A DNA stretch of 64,000 nucleotides from a bacterium. GTDB lineage: Bacteria; Electryoneota; RPQS01. The translations under genes were made by a program, and so were the position numbers. The number at the start of each line of letters is the position of its first letter. The stretch's first letter is position 1. The stretch lies in the NCBI GenBank assembly GCA_016721565.1, contig JADKHW010000006.1, positions 31,286-95,285 of the forward strand, given 5' to 3'. A model generated the notes under the pieces. That model was not told the DNA's origin. It saw nothing but the letters and a program-made list of their open reading frames with translations, and did not search any database. Below, piece after piece: positions 19,994-30,981 of this stretch.

Positions 19994-22663
19994 TTGGAAT
20001 CGTTCGCACACACTTTGAACCAACTGGCCGACGAAGTTCAGGCTAATCCTGATCGCTTTGAGAATTCACAGCGACTTTGGGCGCGCTTTTATAACGAGGC
20101 AGCGTTTTCACCCAGCATTCAAGCCGAGTTTGAATTGATTCGTCTTAGTGTGCCTGCGCAATTCATCTTAGCAGGATGGTACGGCTACTTTGATCAACGC
20201 GCTAAAGAACTTCTAGACCGATCTGATCTTTGCGACCTCGATTCTTCGAGTCTGCTTGAACTTCACAATATCAAGCGGCGATGTGCGGCCTTCGACGGGA
20301 CTTTCCGGGCACCTGCAACGCAAACCCGCAGGGCAATTCGACTGAACACATCTGCACTGACTATTGGTGTTGATCTTCGCCCGCTTTCAATTCCATCAAG
20401 CCGTAATCGAGGCATTGGGCGTTACCTTATCAACACGCTCCCGCGTCTTATCGCAAGAGCAGGGCGACACAAATTCGTGTTGTTGACCGAACCGGGCGAA
20501 AAGCGAGATGAGGAGCTACTCAGTCTCTTCAGCCGTAATGATCTCATATTTCGCGACTTTTCGCTTGGTTGCGATCACGATCTCGATTTATTCCTGCTTT
20601 CTGATCCCACTCCTATGCTGACAGGGAAGCGGCTTGCCGACCTGCCGGTTACACAATGCGCGTGGATGTCTATTGTGTACGATTTTATTCCGCTCGAGTA
20701 TCCCGAGCTTTACCTGCGTGGAAGCGACCAACTTATTGATGAATATCTTGGCAACTTTGAACTCATTGCTGAGAGGTGTCAGGCAGTATTCCCGATATCG
20801 CGTTACGTTGCAAATCAATGCGAGGTTTTGTTGAACTTTGCGTCGGAACGTGTCATTCCTATCTTTGGCGGAGTTGATGAGAGTTTCTTTGAAGTATCTT
20901 CAGCTTCAACGCTGCGTGAGTATCCGGAACCTTACTTCCTATATGTTGGCGGCGCTGACGCGCGCAAGAACCTTGCCGGATTGGTCAAAGCATTTGCAGT
21001 GGCAAGCTCCGAAATGCCTGCGGAGTGGAAGCTTGTCTTGGTTGGAGAAATGAACTCTGACAAGACGGCCAAGATGCTGCGCGATATGCATCTCGAAAAC
21101 TACATCGGTCGAGTTGTTGGCCTTGGCGGAATCGATGATGCGCGGCTACGCGGTCTGTACGCTAATGCATTGGCAACGGTATTTGTTTCCCATAGTGAAG
21201 GATTGGGTCTTCCCGCGCTCGAAGCAATGGCAACAGGTTGCCCTGTCATTGCGTCGAAGACAACAGCTTTAGGCGAGACTGTTGGTTCAACCGGCATTCT
21301 TGTTGATCCGGCATCAACTACCGAAATTGCGCAAGGCATGCTTCGGATTGCGAAGGATTCGTCACTGCGCAACGATCTTGCAGTTCGCGGTCCCTTGCAT
21401 GCGCGCAAGTGGTGCTGGGATGATGTTTCTGCCTGCCTGCTAAACGGCATTGAGAAGTTTGCGTGCCGAGAAGTTCACTCTGTGTCGCGCAAACGTCGCA
21501 TGCGGGTTGCCATGATGAATCGCGAAAACGTGTGGAGTGCGCTGGGTGGCGACAGCCGCATCATGCTGCAAATGCAAGAGGCTGCCGCGCTTGCAGATGT
21601 CGAAGTGTATTTCCCATCTTCTCTCGATCAGGCATCGACAGCGGACTTAATTCACTTCGTGAACATGACGTTGCCCGCTCCGCTTAAGGATGCGACAAAC
21701 TTCTCGCAGCAGCGCAATATCCCGCTGTTGGTAACGACGCTCTATGAAGACTGGCCGCAATATCTGAATGCGTCCCATCAAGCGTTTAGTATTTACCGCG
21801 CGTTTATGGCTGGTCAGAGTTCACATTTGAGCATGGTAACCGCTCTTGATAATTTGCGGGCGTCACAGCCAGCACCTCAATTAGACGTGGCGGAGAGTTT
21901 GAAGCACGCAACTCTACTTTTAGCTTGTGCAGAGTCTGAAGCAATGCGACTACAGCAAGACTATCCTTATCTCGAAGACCGCATTCTTGTCGTTCCATTC
22001 GAAGTTAACATCCCATTGCCGACCGTGCAGCGAATGAACGATTCCCTTCGAAACGCATTGGGTTTTGACGAATTCGTGCTATGCATTGGCCGTCTCGAAA
22101 CTCGAAAGAACCAACTTGCCCTGCTGACCGCACTCCATGACGTTGATATCCCAATTGTGTTCGCCTCAGGTAGCTACACTCCGCAGCCCGTTTACTCGCA
22201 AGCTGTGAGAGCGTGGCGCCGCAAAGCGCCTGTGAAGTTTGTGGATCGCATGCCGTGGCACCTTATGTCAGCGCTGATTCGAAGCGCATCCGCGCATGTT
22301 TTACCAAGTTTCTACGAGCTGCCAGGGCTGGTGCACCTTGAATGTGCAGCTGCGGGAATTCCCATTGTTGCAGGCGAGTGGGGTGCAATCTCTGACTATT
22401 TGCCGAGATCAGTGTTCCATGCATGCGACCCACTCAATCTTGAGTCAATTCGTTTGGCGACGCTAAATGCACTCAACGCTCCGCTTGCTCCGTCGGCCGC
22501 TGACATTGCAATGAGTTATACACGGGAGCGTTTAGCAAGCTGTTTGATAAACAGTTATGAGCGCGCACTCATAGAATCAGCGCAAAATGTAAATCGCAGT
22601 AAGCAATACGTATATAGGCCACTTAGGCCGGAAGCCACCGGAGGAATCCATGCCGCTGTCTAG
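19994..22663 (+). CDS. Large glycosyltransferase with two GT4 (GT-B, family 1-like) modules
   Basis: First module: YVGGADARKNLAGLVKAF ... EGLGLPALEAMATGCPVIAS. Second module: CIGRLETRKNQLALLTAL ... ECAAAGIPIV. Confidence 0.75.
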   Translation: MESFAHTLNQLADEVQANPDRFENSQRLWARFYNEAAFSPSIQAEFELIRLSVPAQFILAGWYGYFDQRAKELLDRSDLCDLDSSSLLELHNIKRRCAAFDGTFRAPATQTRRAIRLNTSALTIGVDLRPLSIPSSRNRGIGRYLINTLPRLIARAGRHKFVLLTEPGEKRDEELLSLFSRNDLIFRDFSLGCDHDLDLFLLSDPTPMLTGKRLADLPVTQCAWMSIVYDFIPLEYPELYLRGSDQLIDEYLGNFELIAERCQAVFPISRYVANQCEVLLNFASERVIPIFGGVDESFFEVSSASTLREYPEPYFLYVGGADARKNLAGLVKAFAVASSEMPAEWKLVLVGEMNSDKTAKMLRDMHLENYIGRVVGLGGIDDARLRGLYANALATVFVSHSEGLGLPALEAMATGCPVIASKTTALGETVGSTGILVDPASTTEIAQGMLRIAKDSSLRNDLAVRGPLHARKWCWDDVSACLLNGIEKFACREVHSVSRKRRMRVAMMNRENVWSALGGDSRIMLQMQEAAALADVEVYFPSSLDQASTADLIHFVNMTLPAPLKDATNFSQQRNIPLLVTTLYEDWPQYLNASHQAFSIYRAFMAGQSSHLSMVTALDNLRASQPAPQLDVAESLKHATLLLACAESEAMRLQQDYPYLEDRILVVPFEVNIPLPTVQRMNDSLRNALGFDEFVLCIGRLETRKNQLALLTALHDVDIPIVFASGSYTPQPVYSQAVRAWRRKAPVKFVDRMPWHLMSALIRSASAHVLPSFYELPGLVHLECAAAGIPIVAGEWGAISDYLPRSVFHACDPLNLESIRLATLNALNAPLAPSAADIAMSYTRERLASCLINSYERALIESAQNVNRSKQYVYRPLRPEATGGIHAAV

Positions 22664-24200
22664 TACATCTTCACAAAAAGACGTCTCGATCATCATTCCT
22701 GTTTTTAACCGCTGCGACTTGACTGAGCGCTGCTTAGAGTCAATTGCGCGTAGTGCGAGCCACGCAAGCTACGAAGTCATTGTTGTGGATAATGCTTCCA
22801 CGGACAGGACCGCAGAATTGCTGGCCGACATTGATGGAGATATTACTGTAATCACGAATAAGACCAATGAAGGGTTTGCCTCCGCGTGCAATCGAGGTGC
22901 CCGTCTCGCTAACGGCGAGTATCTTTTGTTTCTAAACAACGATACCGAAGTCGCGGACGATTTCCTCGATAAGTTGATTCACGCCGCCGAGCAAACATCC
23001 AGTGCCGGTGCTGTGGGTTGCAAGCTGCTGTTCCCTGACGGCAAGACTCAACATGCAGGCATCGCATTCAACGAGGAAAACACTCCTTATCACATCTTTC
23101 ATGGATTTCCTGCGGATCATCCTGCGGTGAACACTTCGCGCGAAATGGCTGCGGTCACTGCGGCATGCATGTTGATAAAGCACGCGACATTTGAGTCCGC
23201 AGGTAGATTCGATACGTCATATCGCAATGGATTTGAGGATGTTGATTTATGCTTAAAGCTCAAGCAAAGGGGCTACAAGAACATCTATTGTGCTGACTGT
23301 GAAATCACACATCACGAAGAATCCAGCGAAGGTCGAAAGGTGCACGATGCCGAAAATATGCTACTCTTCGCGACGCGTTGGGGCGGCACTTCACTTCAAG
23401 ATGACGAGAAATACCTTGCTGCATATGGTCTGACCATTCGCTGGGGAAAGAATGGTGGCCGCTATGAAAACGTTGCGCCAACCACCACAACGGATACCTC
23501 TTTGGAGTCACTTGACGGTCAAACTCTGCTCGATCTCGCACAGAAGAAATACCTTGAAGGCAAGCATGACGAAGCAGCTCAAGTATTGAACCGAATTGTC
23601 GCCAAGCATTTGACAATTGGCAAAGACGACGAATTTGAAACGTGGCAACTTCTTGGCAATTGCATGGCGCGTCTGAACCGCGCAGAAGATGCTGAAAAAG
23701 CCTACTTGCAGGCGGCTGAAGCGAATATGGAATCCGAGCGTCCCTTCTTGGGTTTGGGTTCTGTCGCCATGCTGCAAGAAAACTGGACTGCCGCTCAATA
23801 CGGGTTCCTGGCAGCTTTGTCGCGCAACCCGAACACGATGCGCGCCGAGTTTGGTCTTGGGATCAGCCTTGCCGCGCGCAATCAGCATGAGAATGCGGTC
23901 AAGCATTTCAAGCGTGTGGTGTCACAAGACCCACGCAACAGCGAAGCTGTGTTCTATCTGTATCGTTCAGCGATGGAGACCTCGCAGCCGCAAGTGGCTA
24001 TTGCCGCGCTGTCACAATATCTCGAGAATTGCCCCGAAGATGTTGATTTCTGGTTCCACCTGTCCGGAGCATTATGGAAAGCTGAGTCGCTCGACGACGC
24101 GATCGACGTCTGCAAGAAAGTACTCGAAATGAACCCACAGCATGTCGACGCTCAGAGCACGTTGCGTTACATGGAACAACGTGTTGCCGCAACGGTCTAA
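22650..24200 (+). CDS. GT2-family glycosyltransferase with C-terminal TPR repeats
   Basis: VSIIIPVFNRCDLTERCLESI...EVIVVDNASTD, DxD-like FLNNDTEV, then TPR-like helical repeats. Confidence 0.8.
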   Translation: MPLSSTSSQKDVSIIIPVFNRCDLTERCLESIARSASHASYEVIVVDNASTDRTAELLADIDGDITVITNKTNEGFASACNRGARLANGEYLLFLNNDTEVADDFLDKLIHAAEQTSSAGAVGCKLLFPDGKTQHAGIAFNEENTPYHIFHGFPADHPAVNTSREMAAVTAACMLIKHATFESAGRFDTSYRNGFEDVDLCLKLKQRGYKNIYCADCEITHHEESSEGRKVHDAENMLLFATRWGGTSLQDDEKYLAAYGLTIRWGKNGGRYENVAPTTTTDTSLESLDGQTLLDLAQKKYLEGKHDEAAQVLNRIVAKHLTIGKDDEFETWQLLGNCMARLNRAEDAEKAYLQAAEANMESERPFLGLGSVAMLQENWTAAQYGFLAALSRNPNTMRAEFGLGISLAARNQHENAVKHFKRVVSQDPRNSEAVFYLYRSAMETSQPQVAIAALSQYLENCPEDVDFWFHLSGALWKAESLDDAIDVCKKVLEMNPQHVDAQSTLRYMEQRVAATV

Positions 24201-26958
24201 AATACTCGTTATTCAATGGGCACGATTGGGCGATTTGTTCCATTCGCGTCCACTTTGTGCATTCGCGTTGCGAGAGTATTGTCCCGCAGACGTGACTCTT
24301 TGCTGTGATGAACGCTATGAGTCTGTCGTTCGCGAGTTCCCAGAAGTCGATGACGTGCTGCCCGTGAACCTTGGCAACTTCACTGCTCAACTTAGAACAG
24401 ATGCATCGTTGCCAGAAGCCCTTGCGGATCTGGTCGATCTCCAGCACCTCTTGCAATCCTATGACGTCGTTATCAATCTGACAAATCACGCGTCAGCAAT
24501 TCAGTTTGCGCAAACGGTGGATGCATCGATAAAACTTGGTTACGGTTTTGACTCAACGGGTGCTCTCGGTGAATTTGAGAAAGCAGTCCAAAACAAGCAA
24601 TCTCGCAAACATGTCGCGACCATTTGGGCGTCCTTAATTACCGCAAACTCCGACCTTGTTCCGCTTATGACCGTTGGAACCGATGTCACAATGCAAGCGG
24701 AGCGGATGGTTGCAATTGTGTGTGACGCTGGAAGTAAAGAACGCAGTTTGTCGGCTGAGACAATCGAGCAAATAATCGAGACTGTGTGCAAGCGTGGTGT
24801 AACAAATGTTGTATTGTTAGGCTCGACCACGTTTCCTCCAATTACAAAACACTCATGTGTTACAGATATGCGAGGCTTGACTTCACTTTTCGAGCTGAGA
24901 ACATTGTTAGGCAATGCTGAATTCGTAATAGGCCCCGACACTGGCGCGCTTCACTTTGCAGCCGCACTCGGAAAGCAAGTTCTTGGAATCTACCTTGACG
25001 GTGCATCACCTGACGTTACCGGGCCGCTTACCTCAATGGCTCATTCAGTTGTTGCGGCCGTTCAAGACGAAGTATTTCAAAGCGATTTGCGTTCAACCAT
25101 GAGTGATTGGCTTGACAGTGCTTCAACTCGACTACAATTGGCGCCGGCTATTTCGCATGCGAGTCATTGCCCATTGTCAATAGTCATCGCCGAGTATGGC
25201 CAAACACATTACACGGACAAGCTGCTTAAATGCTTAGAGGCCTGTACGTTGCCTGTCGGCAGTGAGATTATCGTAATGAGCAGTCGTCTTGACAAATTCG
25301 ATTTGCAGATGGCTATGGCTCGACACAATATTATTAAAGATGCGACAGGTAAGAAACGAAGTTTTGCTGAAGTCTGCAACCGCGGGGCTCTGCTTGCACG
25401 CGGTGAGTGGCTGCTGTTTCTTAACGATGACTGTGAAATCGAGACTTCTTCATTCGCTACTCTTTGGAAATCTCGCGCAACCAACACCGTTGTCGGTCCC
25501 ATTCTAAGAAACTGGGATGGAACAATTCAATCCGCAGGGTTTTCCTATGATGGAAACGAAGTACGTGAAGTGTGTCCTACTGGCCTCAATTCAAAAGGCA
25601 CGATTCACGGTGTTAGTGCCGCAGCGATGCTCGTTAGTCGAAATGCGTTCTATTTTCTGGGTGGATTCGACACAGGTTTTCAAAATGGCTACGAAGATGT
25701 CGATCTATGCCTGCGTGCTCAGATGTGTGGACTTTCTATAAAGGTCGCTGGTTGTAATGTTACACATTTCAAGGGTTCATCTCCAGAGCGTTTTCAGTGT
25801 GACAATGAGAATCTCAATCGCCTGAATCAGAGGTGGCGCGCAAAGAAGTTGCGCAAGAATGAATCATCGCAGCTTTCACAATCTGCAACTCCATTGGTGA
25901 TTTTCTCGGATGAGTTGCAGGAAAGTGCTGGAGCGTTGTTGAGATGGGTTGATCCACTAAAGCGCTGCGGACTACGTTTGGGCAAGGATTTTAGCTGGCT
26001 GAATACCGCTAATACCGACGAAGGGTCGGCGCGAGTTGCACTCCAAAATGCGTTGGCAGTCATCGTGTTTCGCGCAGTGTCAAATGACTCATTACGCGCG
26101 CTGATCCTGAACTGGCAAGCGGAGCATAGCGGACCGCTTTGCTACGACTGTGACGATCTCCTGATCGGAAGATTCCCGAAAGGATCGCCCCGGGAGCAGG
26201 CGCGGCGAGCATATGAAAACGGAGTTTGCGAAATAGTGGCACATGCCGACATTGTGACGGTGCCTAACAAGTATCTGCTTGAACAGTTTGCCGGAACTCC
26301 GGCAATGCAAATTGTGATCAACACTGTGCCGTTGCAAATCCACCTTGCCACATGCGCCAAACGGCACGCTTTCAAAGAGTTTCGCATAGGTTATGCCGGT
26401 AGCAGAGTACACCAGACTGATTTTGCATTTGTCGCACCTGCACTTGAACAACTACTCGATGCCGATGAGTCAATTAAATTTTATTGGTGGGGCGCGCATC
26501 CCGCAGGATTGAGCAATCATCCACAAGTACGCAGAGGCGGCGATTGGCTATCGGACTATTCGTCGCACGTTCGCCGGATTCAAAATGCAAATATCGATTT
26601 GTGGATTGCACCACTTGGCGATGCTCCCCACAATTCAATGCGAAGCGCAATCAAGGCATTCGAGTACATCGGCTGTGGCGCTCCTTGCCTCTTCTCTAAC
26701 GTAGATCCGTTTCGACGTGAACTTGGCTCCGTTACTCCTCATTTACTTGTTGAAAACACAACGGATGCCTGGTCAGAAGCCATTGAGCATTGGCGTACCG
26801 CGGATGAGCTGTCGACATACCACTCCGAATTGGCAAGCGCGCGCGTGCTAATCGCGCAATTGTCGCAAGATAGAACATCTTATCGTCAGTTCATAAAAAT
26901 GTTGCGGCAACATTCACCTTCATACCTGAAGCGCACACGCGGCGAACTTGTTGTATGA
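24142..26958 (+). CDS. Multidomain glycosyltransferase (GT9 heptosyltransferase-like N-domain + GT2 + C-terminal GT-like domain)
   Basis: N-terminal ILVIQWARLGDLFHSRPL (GT9 signature). Middle EVCNRGALLARGEWLLFLNDDCEIE ... YEDVDLCLRA (GT2). 938 aa. Confidence 0.7.
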   Translation: MSTLRARCVTWNNVLPQRSKILVIQWARLGDLFHSRPLCAFALREYCPADVTLCCDERYESVVREFPEVDDVLPVNLGNFTAQLRTDASLPEALADLVDLQHLLQSYDVVINLTNHASAIQFAQTVDASIKLGYGFDSTGALGEFEKAVQNKQSRKHVATIWASLITANSDLVPLMTVGTDVTMQAERMVAIVCDAGSKERSLSAETIEQIIETVCKRGVTNVVLLGSTTFPPITKHSCVTDMRGLTSLFELRTLLGNAEFVIGPDTGALHFAAALGKQVLGIYLDGASPDVTGPLTSMAHSVVAAVQDEVFQSDLRSTMSDWLDSASTRLQLAPAISHASHCPLSIVIAEYGQTHYTDKLLKCLEACTLPVGSEIIVMSSRLDKFDLQMAMARHNIIKDATGKKRSFAEVCNRGALLARGEWLLFLNDDCEIETSSFATLWKSRATNTVVGPILRNWDGTIQSAGFSYDGNEVREVCPTGLNSKGTIHGVSAAAMLVSRNAFYFLGGFDTGFQNGYEDVDLCLRAQMCGLSIKVAGCNVTHFKGSSPERFQCDNENLNRLNQRWRAKKLRKNESSQLSQSATPLVIFSDELQESAGALLRWVDPLKRCGLRLGKDFSWLNTANTDEGSARVALQNALAVIVFRAVSNDSLRALILNWQAEHSGPLCYDCDDLLIGRFPKGSPREQARRAYENGVCEIVAHADIVTVPNKYLLEQFAGTPAMQIVINTVPLQIHLATCAKRHAFKEFRIGYAGSRVHQTDFAFVAPALEQLLDADESIKFYWWGAHPAGLSNHPQVRRGGDWLSDYSSHVRRIQNANIDLWIAPLGDAPHNSMRSAIKAFEYIGCGAPCLFSNVDPFRRELGSVTPHLLVENTTDAWSEAIEHWRTADELSTYHSELASARVLIAQLSQDRTSYRQFIKMLRQHSPSYLKRTRGELVV

Positions 26959-28124
26959 CAAATCGCTTTACGACACGCACAACGCCGTCTGGCCATGTAA
27001 CTGCTTTACACAACTGCGGAACATTGATTCATAGTGCACAAGACCCGCTTGCCGAAGCTGAGGCAATTGCATCGTTGCTTGCGCCTGAAGAGCATGAGTT
27101 GTTTGTAGTAATCGGTAATGGACTTGGATACCTGAGTAGAGCATTGAGCCGACGCAGCCTTAAGTGTGTAACTATTGAGCTATTCGCGGATCTTTTCGAA
27201 CTATCCTTGGAAACTAATTGCAATGCGGCAGACAAACTCTGTGGGAACAGCGAAGAGTTGATGACTATTTTAGGTCAATACGGTTACGGAGCCAACATTG
27301 TTATACTACCGTACATCATGTCGCTTCGTTCAGAACTTTCGAATGACTTGCGATCACTTGTCGAAGAGCTTCAAGTAACGCTACAATCCCAGCGCGTTTA
27401 CAAGTGTATGATTGACCGAAATATTGAGACAAATCGGGCGCAGTTCTCAATGCTGGAAAGGCTGTATATACAAGAGCAGCAATCCTGCAAACTCGCAATT
27501 GCAGTTGGCTCCGGCCCAACGCTTGATGCATGCATGCAGATTCTTGCAGAGAGGCGCGATGAATTGCTACTCGTTGCAGCTTCCGGTGCGGTTCCAGTTC
27601 TTAGCAAGAACGGAATTCGTCCGGACTGGATCGTGGCAATGGAGGCGCGCAACAGCATTGTAACCGATTTAGAAATGGCTGATCACGCAAGCAAGGTGCT
27701 GGTCTTTCCTTGGACGCACCCATCTGTGCTAAACGATGATTGCCTCACACTTGTCGCTGCAAACGAGTCCGACGGCATTTGTACAAGCGGAGGTTCAACA
27801 GGCCTGGCCGCGACAGACTTTGTCTCAATGCTAACGCCTGGCGCAATTTTCATGATAGGCATGGACATGTGTGATAGCCAAGGTGAGTACTCCGCAGGAG
27901 TTGCGCGCACAACTGCAAATGGCACAATCGGTGCATCGAAATTCAACATCATGCGCGCGGCCGCGAGTCGCTGGGCGTGTTTGCAGGACAAACGAGTATA
28001 TCACATGGTAATGCCGGGCGGTGCACAAATAAGTGGTGCGCATAAGTTGTATCCAATGGAACTTGCAACGGCTTTGCAACGCGAAAGTAATGAAATTCCT
28101 GAACACTTGGAAGCACACGTATGA
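26955..28124 (+). CDS. Hypothetical protein, possibly DUF115/Maf-like flagellin-glycan modification protein
   Basis: 389-aa ORF inside the glycosylation island. Rossmann-like VIGNGLGYL. No firm family call from sequence alone. Confidence 0.35.
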   Translation: MTNRFTTRTTPSGHVTALHNCGTLIHSAQDPLAEAEAIASLLAPEEHELFVVIGNGLGYLSRALSRRSLKCVTIELFADLFELSLETNCNAADKLCGNSEELMTILGQYGYGANIVILPYIMSLRSELSNDLRSLVEELQVTLQSQRVYKCMIDRNIETNRAQFSMLERLYIQEQQSCKLAIAVGSGPTLDACMQILAERRDELLLVAASGAVPVLSKNGIRPDWIVAMEARNSIVTDLEMADHASKVLVFPWTHPSVLNDDCLTLVAANESDGICTSGGSTGLAATDFVSMLTPGAIFMIGMDMCDSQGEYSAGVARTTANGTIGASKFNIMRAAASRWACLQDKRVYHMVMPGGAQISGAHKLYPMELATALQRESNEIPEHLEAHV

Positions 28125-29425
28125 TTTCATTACGCAAAAATTCTATTGATACGGCCACGCCGCAGCTCAAAATTGTTGTCCCAACACCGCTTTACGGCGG
28201 TAGTTTGCCCATCGCGTATCATGCGGCGGACGCATTTATCGAGCTTGGCCATACGTGCGACGTACTCCGATTAGACGAGCAGCACTCGCTTTTTGAATCA
28301 TTGGGTACGGATGTTGAGGATAATGCGGGCAAAAGGTTAAAGAGTCGTTTTGCGGAGCTGCTTGCGGATTATGTCGTTGAGCGTGCCATTCAAACTAAAG
28401 CTGACTTGGTCTGGTACACCGCGCAATCACCGGTGTCTATCGCTTCGCTGAGAAGATTACACGATGCCGGTATCAAGGCAACATTGTGGTTCGTAGAGGA
28501 CGTGCGAAGATTTGATTACTGGAAGCATATCGTACGCGAGTTTGATCTTGTGTTTTCAATTCAGGTTGGCCCGGCCGCTGATGCGATCCGCCAAGCTGGT
28601 GCTCGTCAAGTCGTCTATTTGCCCATGGCGGCAAACGTCGCCATTCACCGGCCCATGATGCTCTCGCACGAGCATCAGCAGCGCTACGGATCGCAAGTCT
28701 CGTTTGTCGGAGCAGGCTATCCTAACCGCGTAGCGCTCTTTACCGAGCTTGAATTGGCCAATCTTAAGTTGTGGGGAAATGATTGGCCAAGTGCCTGGAC
28801 GGAACGCTTGCAGGAGTCCGGTCGCAGAGTCTCAACGGAAGAGACTGCGGTGATCTACAACGCTTCTGCGATCAACCTAAACATTCACAGCGCTGTCAGC
28901 GGTAATGTTTTAGAGTGTGGTGATTTTGTAAATCCTCGAACGTTTGAGATTGCCGCATGCGGAGGCTTTCAGATTGTCAATCGCCAATCACCACTATGTG
29001 ACCTGTTTGGCGAATCGGAACTCTGCATTGTTGACGATGAAGCTGAGCTTAAGAGTGCATTAACACATTTCACCAGCAACCAGCGCGCTCGCAATAAGAT
29101 GGCAGAAGCCTCGAGGTTACGAGTCATGCGCGAGCACACCTATGTGCATCGAATGAAAACCGCGCTCAATTATGTGTTTCATTCGACTATCCAGGCACCG
29201 AGGATGGCTGCTGTTGCGACGATGGCAGATCTGAAGGTCGCCGCGCACGGCGATCAGGATATGCAGAAGTTCCTCGCGCAATTTACGGACACTGAGCCGG
29301 CGACTCTGCAAAAGCTTGTCGACAAAGTGTCCAAGGATCAGCATACCCTGTCGCGCGCGGAACTGATCGTCATGCTCATGCACGAGTTTCGCAATTGGGG
29401 AGTCGAAAAAGGTGTTATTCAATGA
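28121..29425 (+). CDS. CgeB-like glycosyltransferase (DUF3880 + GT1-like C-domain)
   Basis: YLPMAANVAIHRP ... YPNRVALFTELELANLKLWG ... FEIAACGGFQIVNRQSP. This resembles the spore-maturation CgeB family. Confidence 0.6.
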   Translation: MISLRKNSIDTATPQLKIVVPTPLYGGSLPIAYHAADAFIELGHTCDVLRLDEQHSLFESLGTDVEDNAGKRLKSRFAELLADYVVERAIQTKADLVWYTAQSPVSIASLRRLHDAGIKATLWFVEDVRRFDYWKHIVREFDLVFSIQVGPAADAIRQAGARQVVYLPMAANVAIHRPMMLSHEHQQRYGSQVSFVGAGYPNRVALFTELELANLKLWGNDWPSAWTERLQESGRRVSTEETAVIYNASAINLNIHSAVSGNVLECGDFVNPRTFEIAACGGFQIVNRQSPLCDLFGESELCIVDDEAELKSALTHFTSNQRARNKMAEASRLRVMREHTYVHRMKTALNYVFHSTIQAPRMAAVATMADLKVAAHGDQDMQKFLAQFTDTEPATLQKLVDKVSKDQHTLSRAELIVMLMHEFRNWGVEKGVIQ

Positions 29426-30981
29426 GTCGTCGGGCTTTGGTCATCGCCGTCACCAGACTTGGCGATATCATCCAAACCGAGCCGATGGTTCGTGCGTTGA
29501 AAGCTGAGGGGCGCTTTGATAAAGCAACGGTTCTTGTCGAACGATCTTTCGCCGACATCGCAGGTAGAATAACTAGCGCTGATGAACTGAAGTGCATTGA
29601 CTTTGAAGCCATTCTTGGTCGACTTGACCGATCCTGTGCCGCGCTTCCTATGCGAGAATATCTTGCGCTTGCTGATTGGCTTCTGCGCAACAGTTTCGAT
29701 ACTGTATATAACGTCACGCACTCGAGGCCGTCGATGATGCTGGCTGCATTGGCAAGTCATGAAACACAAGGTGTGACGCTCGACCAACAAGGGATGCAGG
29801 TTGTCAATAATCGCTGGCTTCAGTACTTCTTCGCGACAAATTTGGCGCGTCCGTGGTGTTCTTTCAATTTGGTTGACATTTATGTCAATGCCGTTGACCC
29901 ATTAGTCGCACAGTCAGAACGCAAACCCCAATTGGTTTCAGGCGGCGCGCGTGACAAGAGAACTTTGAAATTCAATGATGGAGAGGTGTTGCTTCATGTT
30001 GGAGCCTCTAAGTCTGACAAGCAGTGGCCTCTTGAGAAGTTTGTTGTGCTGAGTCAATATTTGCTTGACCGTGGTTTGAGTGTGACACTACTCGGCGGTG
30101 GAAAGTCCGAGGCGATCAGCCGTGCATTTCCTGCGCACAAGAACTTCCAGGACTTGCTCGGAATGACGTCCATTGGTGACTTGTTTGACCTTTGTCAAAA
30201 CGCAAGCCTTTTGGTGTCTGCTGACTCCGGTCCCGTTCACGTTGCTGCCGCGTGTGACCTGCCAATCATCGCCATTGAAGGCGGATCGGCGCACGGCTTT
30301 GAGACGGCGCCTTATAAGGTAGGTTCAATCGTCATTCAGCCCCACCTTGACAGAGTGATGTCCCGCAGACCGACCAAGCATGCAACCTCTGCTTCTTCTG
30401 ATTTGGTTAGCGTGGAAACAGTCATTTCGGCGATTGACTTCTTAGCGGGTGGATCGGATCAAATCACTTCATCGCCGCAGTGCACGGTTTATGAAACGAT
30501 AAACGGTGAAAATGTACCTGGATTAGATTTGCGTGCAATTAGCGGAAGCAATTCAGAGTACGAAGAGTGGCAGCAGAGGCTGAGACGATTCTGGTGGCGC
30601 GTTGGCGGAGGCCACTCGTCCTGCAATAGTCAACCAGCCAACGACTTGACATCCTGCGCTATGGCTTCGGCAAAGGCAGCAAGACTCATTTCGCAAGCCG
30701 GAAACAATTTCACGTCGCTTGAAGAAAGTGCTGCAAGTTTGAGCGCAACGGAGCACTCCCTAACTAAAATGATTGAAGCTTATCCACCGCTGCATCACTT
30801 GAACTTTTTTCTGCAAATTGCGCGCTCAAGTGTTCATGGAGAATTGCCGCATGAACAGGCTCAAGAACTTGAAAAGCTCTACGATGATGTCGCGGAGGCA
30901 GCAGCCGAGTTGGAGCTAACTCCGAGTCATCGATCAGTTAAGAAACAGTATAATTCAAATAGTGAGAAGGTACCAGCATGA
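29395..30981 (+). CDS. GT9-family (ADP-heptose heptosyltransferase-like) glycosyltransferase with C-terminal extension
   Basis: RRALVIAVTRLGDIIQTEPMVRALK ... LLHVGASKSDKQWPLEKFVVL ... DSGPVHVAAACDLPIIAIEG. Strong GT9 pattern. Confidence 0.75.
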   Translation: MGSRKRCYSMSRRALVIAVTRLGDIIQTEPMVRALKAEGRFDKATVLVERSFADIAGRITSADELKCIDFEAILGRLDRSCAALPMREYLALADWLLRNSFDTVYNVTHSRPSMMLAALASHETQGVTLDQQGMQVVNNRWLQYFFATNLARPWCSFNLVDIYVNAVDPLVAQSERKPQLVSGGARDKRTLKFNDGEVLLHVGASKSDKQWPLEKFVVLSQYLLDRGLSVTLLGGGKSEAISRAFPAHKNFQDLLGMTSIGDLFDLCQNASLLVSADSGPVHVAAACDLPIIAIEGGSAHGFETAPYKVGSIVIQPHLDRVMSRRPTKHATSASSDLVSVETVISAIDFLAGGSDQITSSPQCTVYETINGENVPGLDLRAISGSNSEYEEWQQRLRRFWWRVGGGHSSCNSQPANDLTSCAMASAKAARLISQAGNNFTSLEESAASLSATEHSLTKMIEAYPPLHHLNFFLQIARSSVHGELPHEQAQELEKLYDDVAEAAAELELTPSHRSVKKQYNSNSEKVPA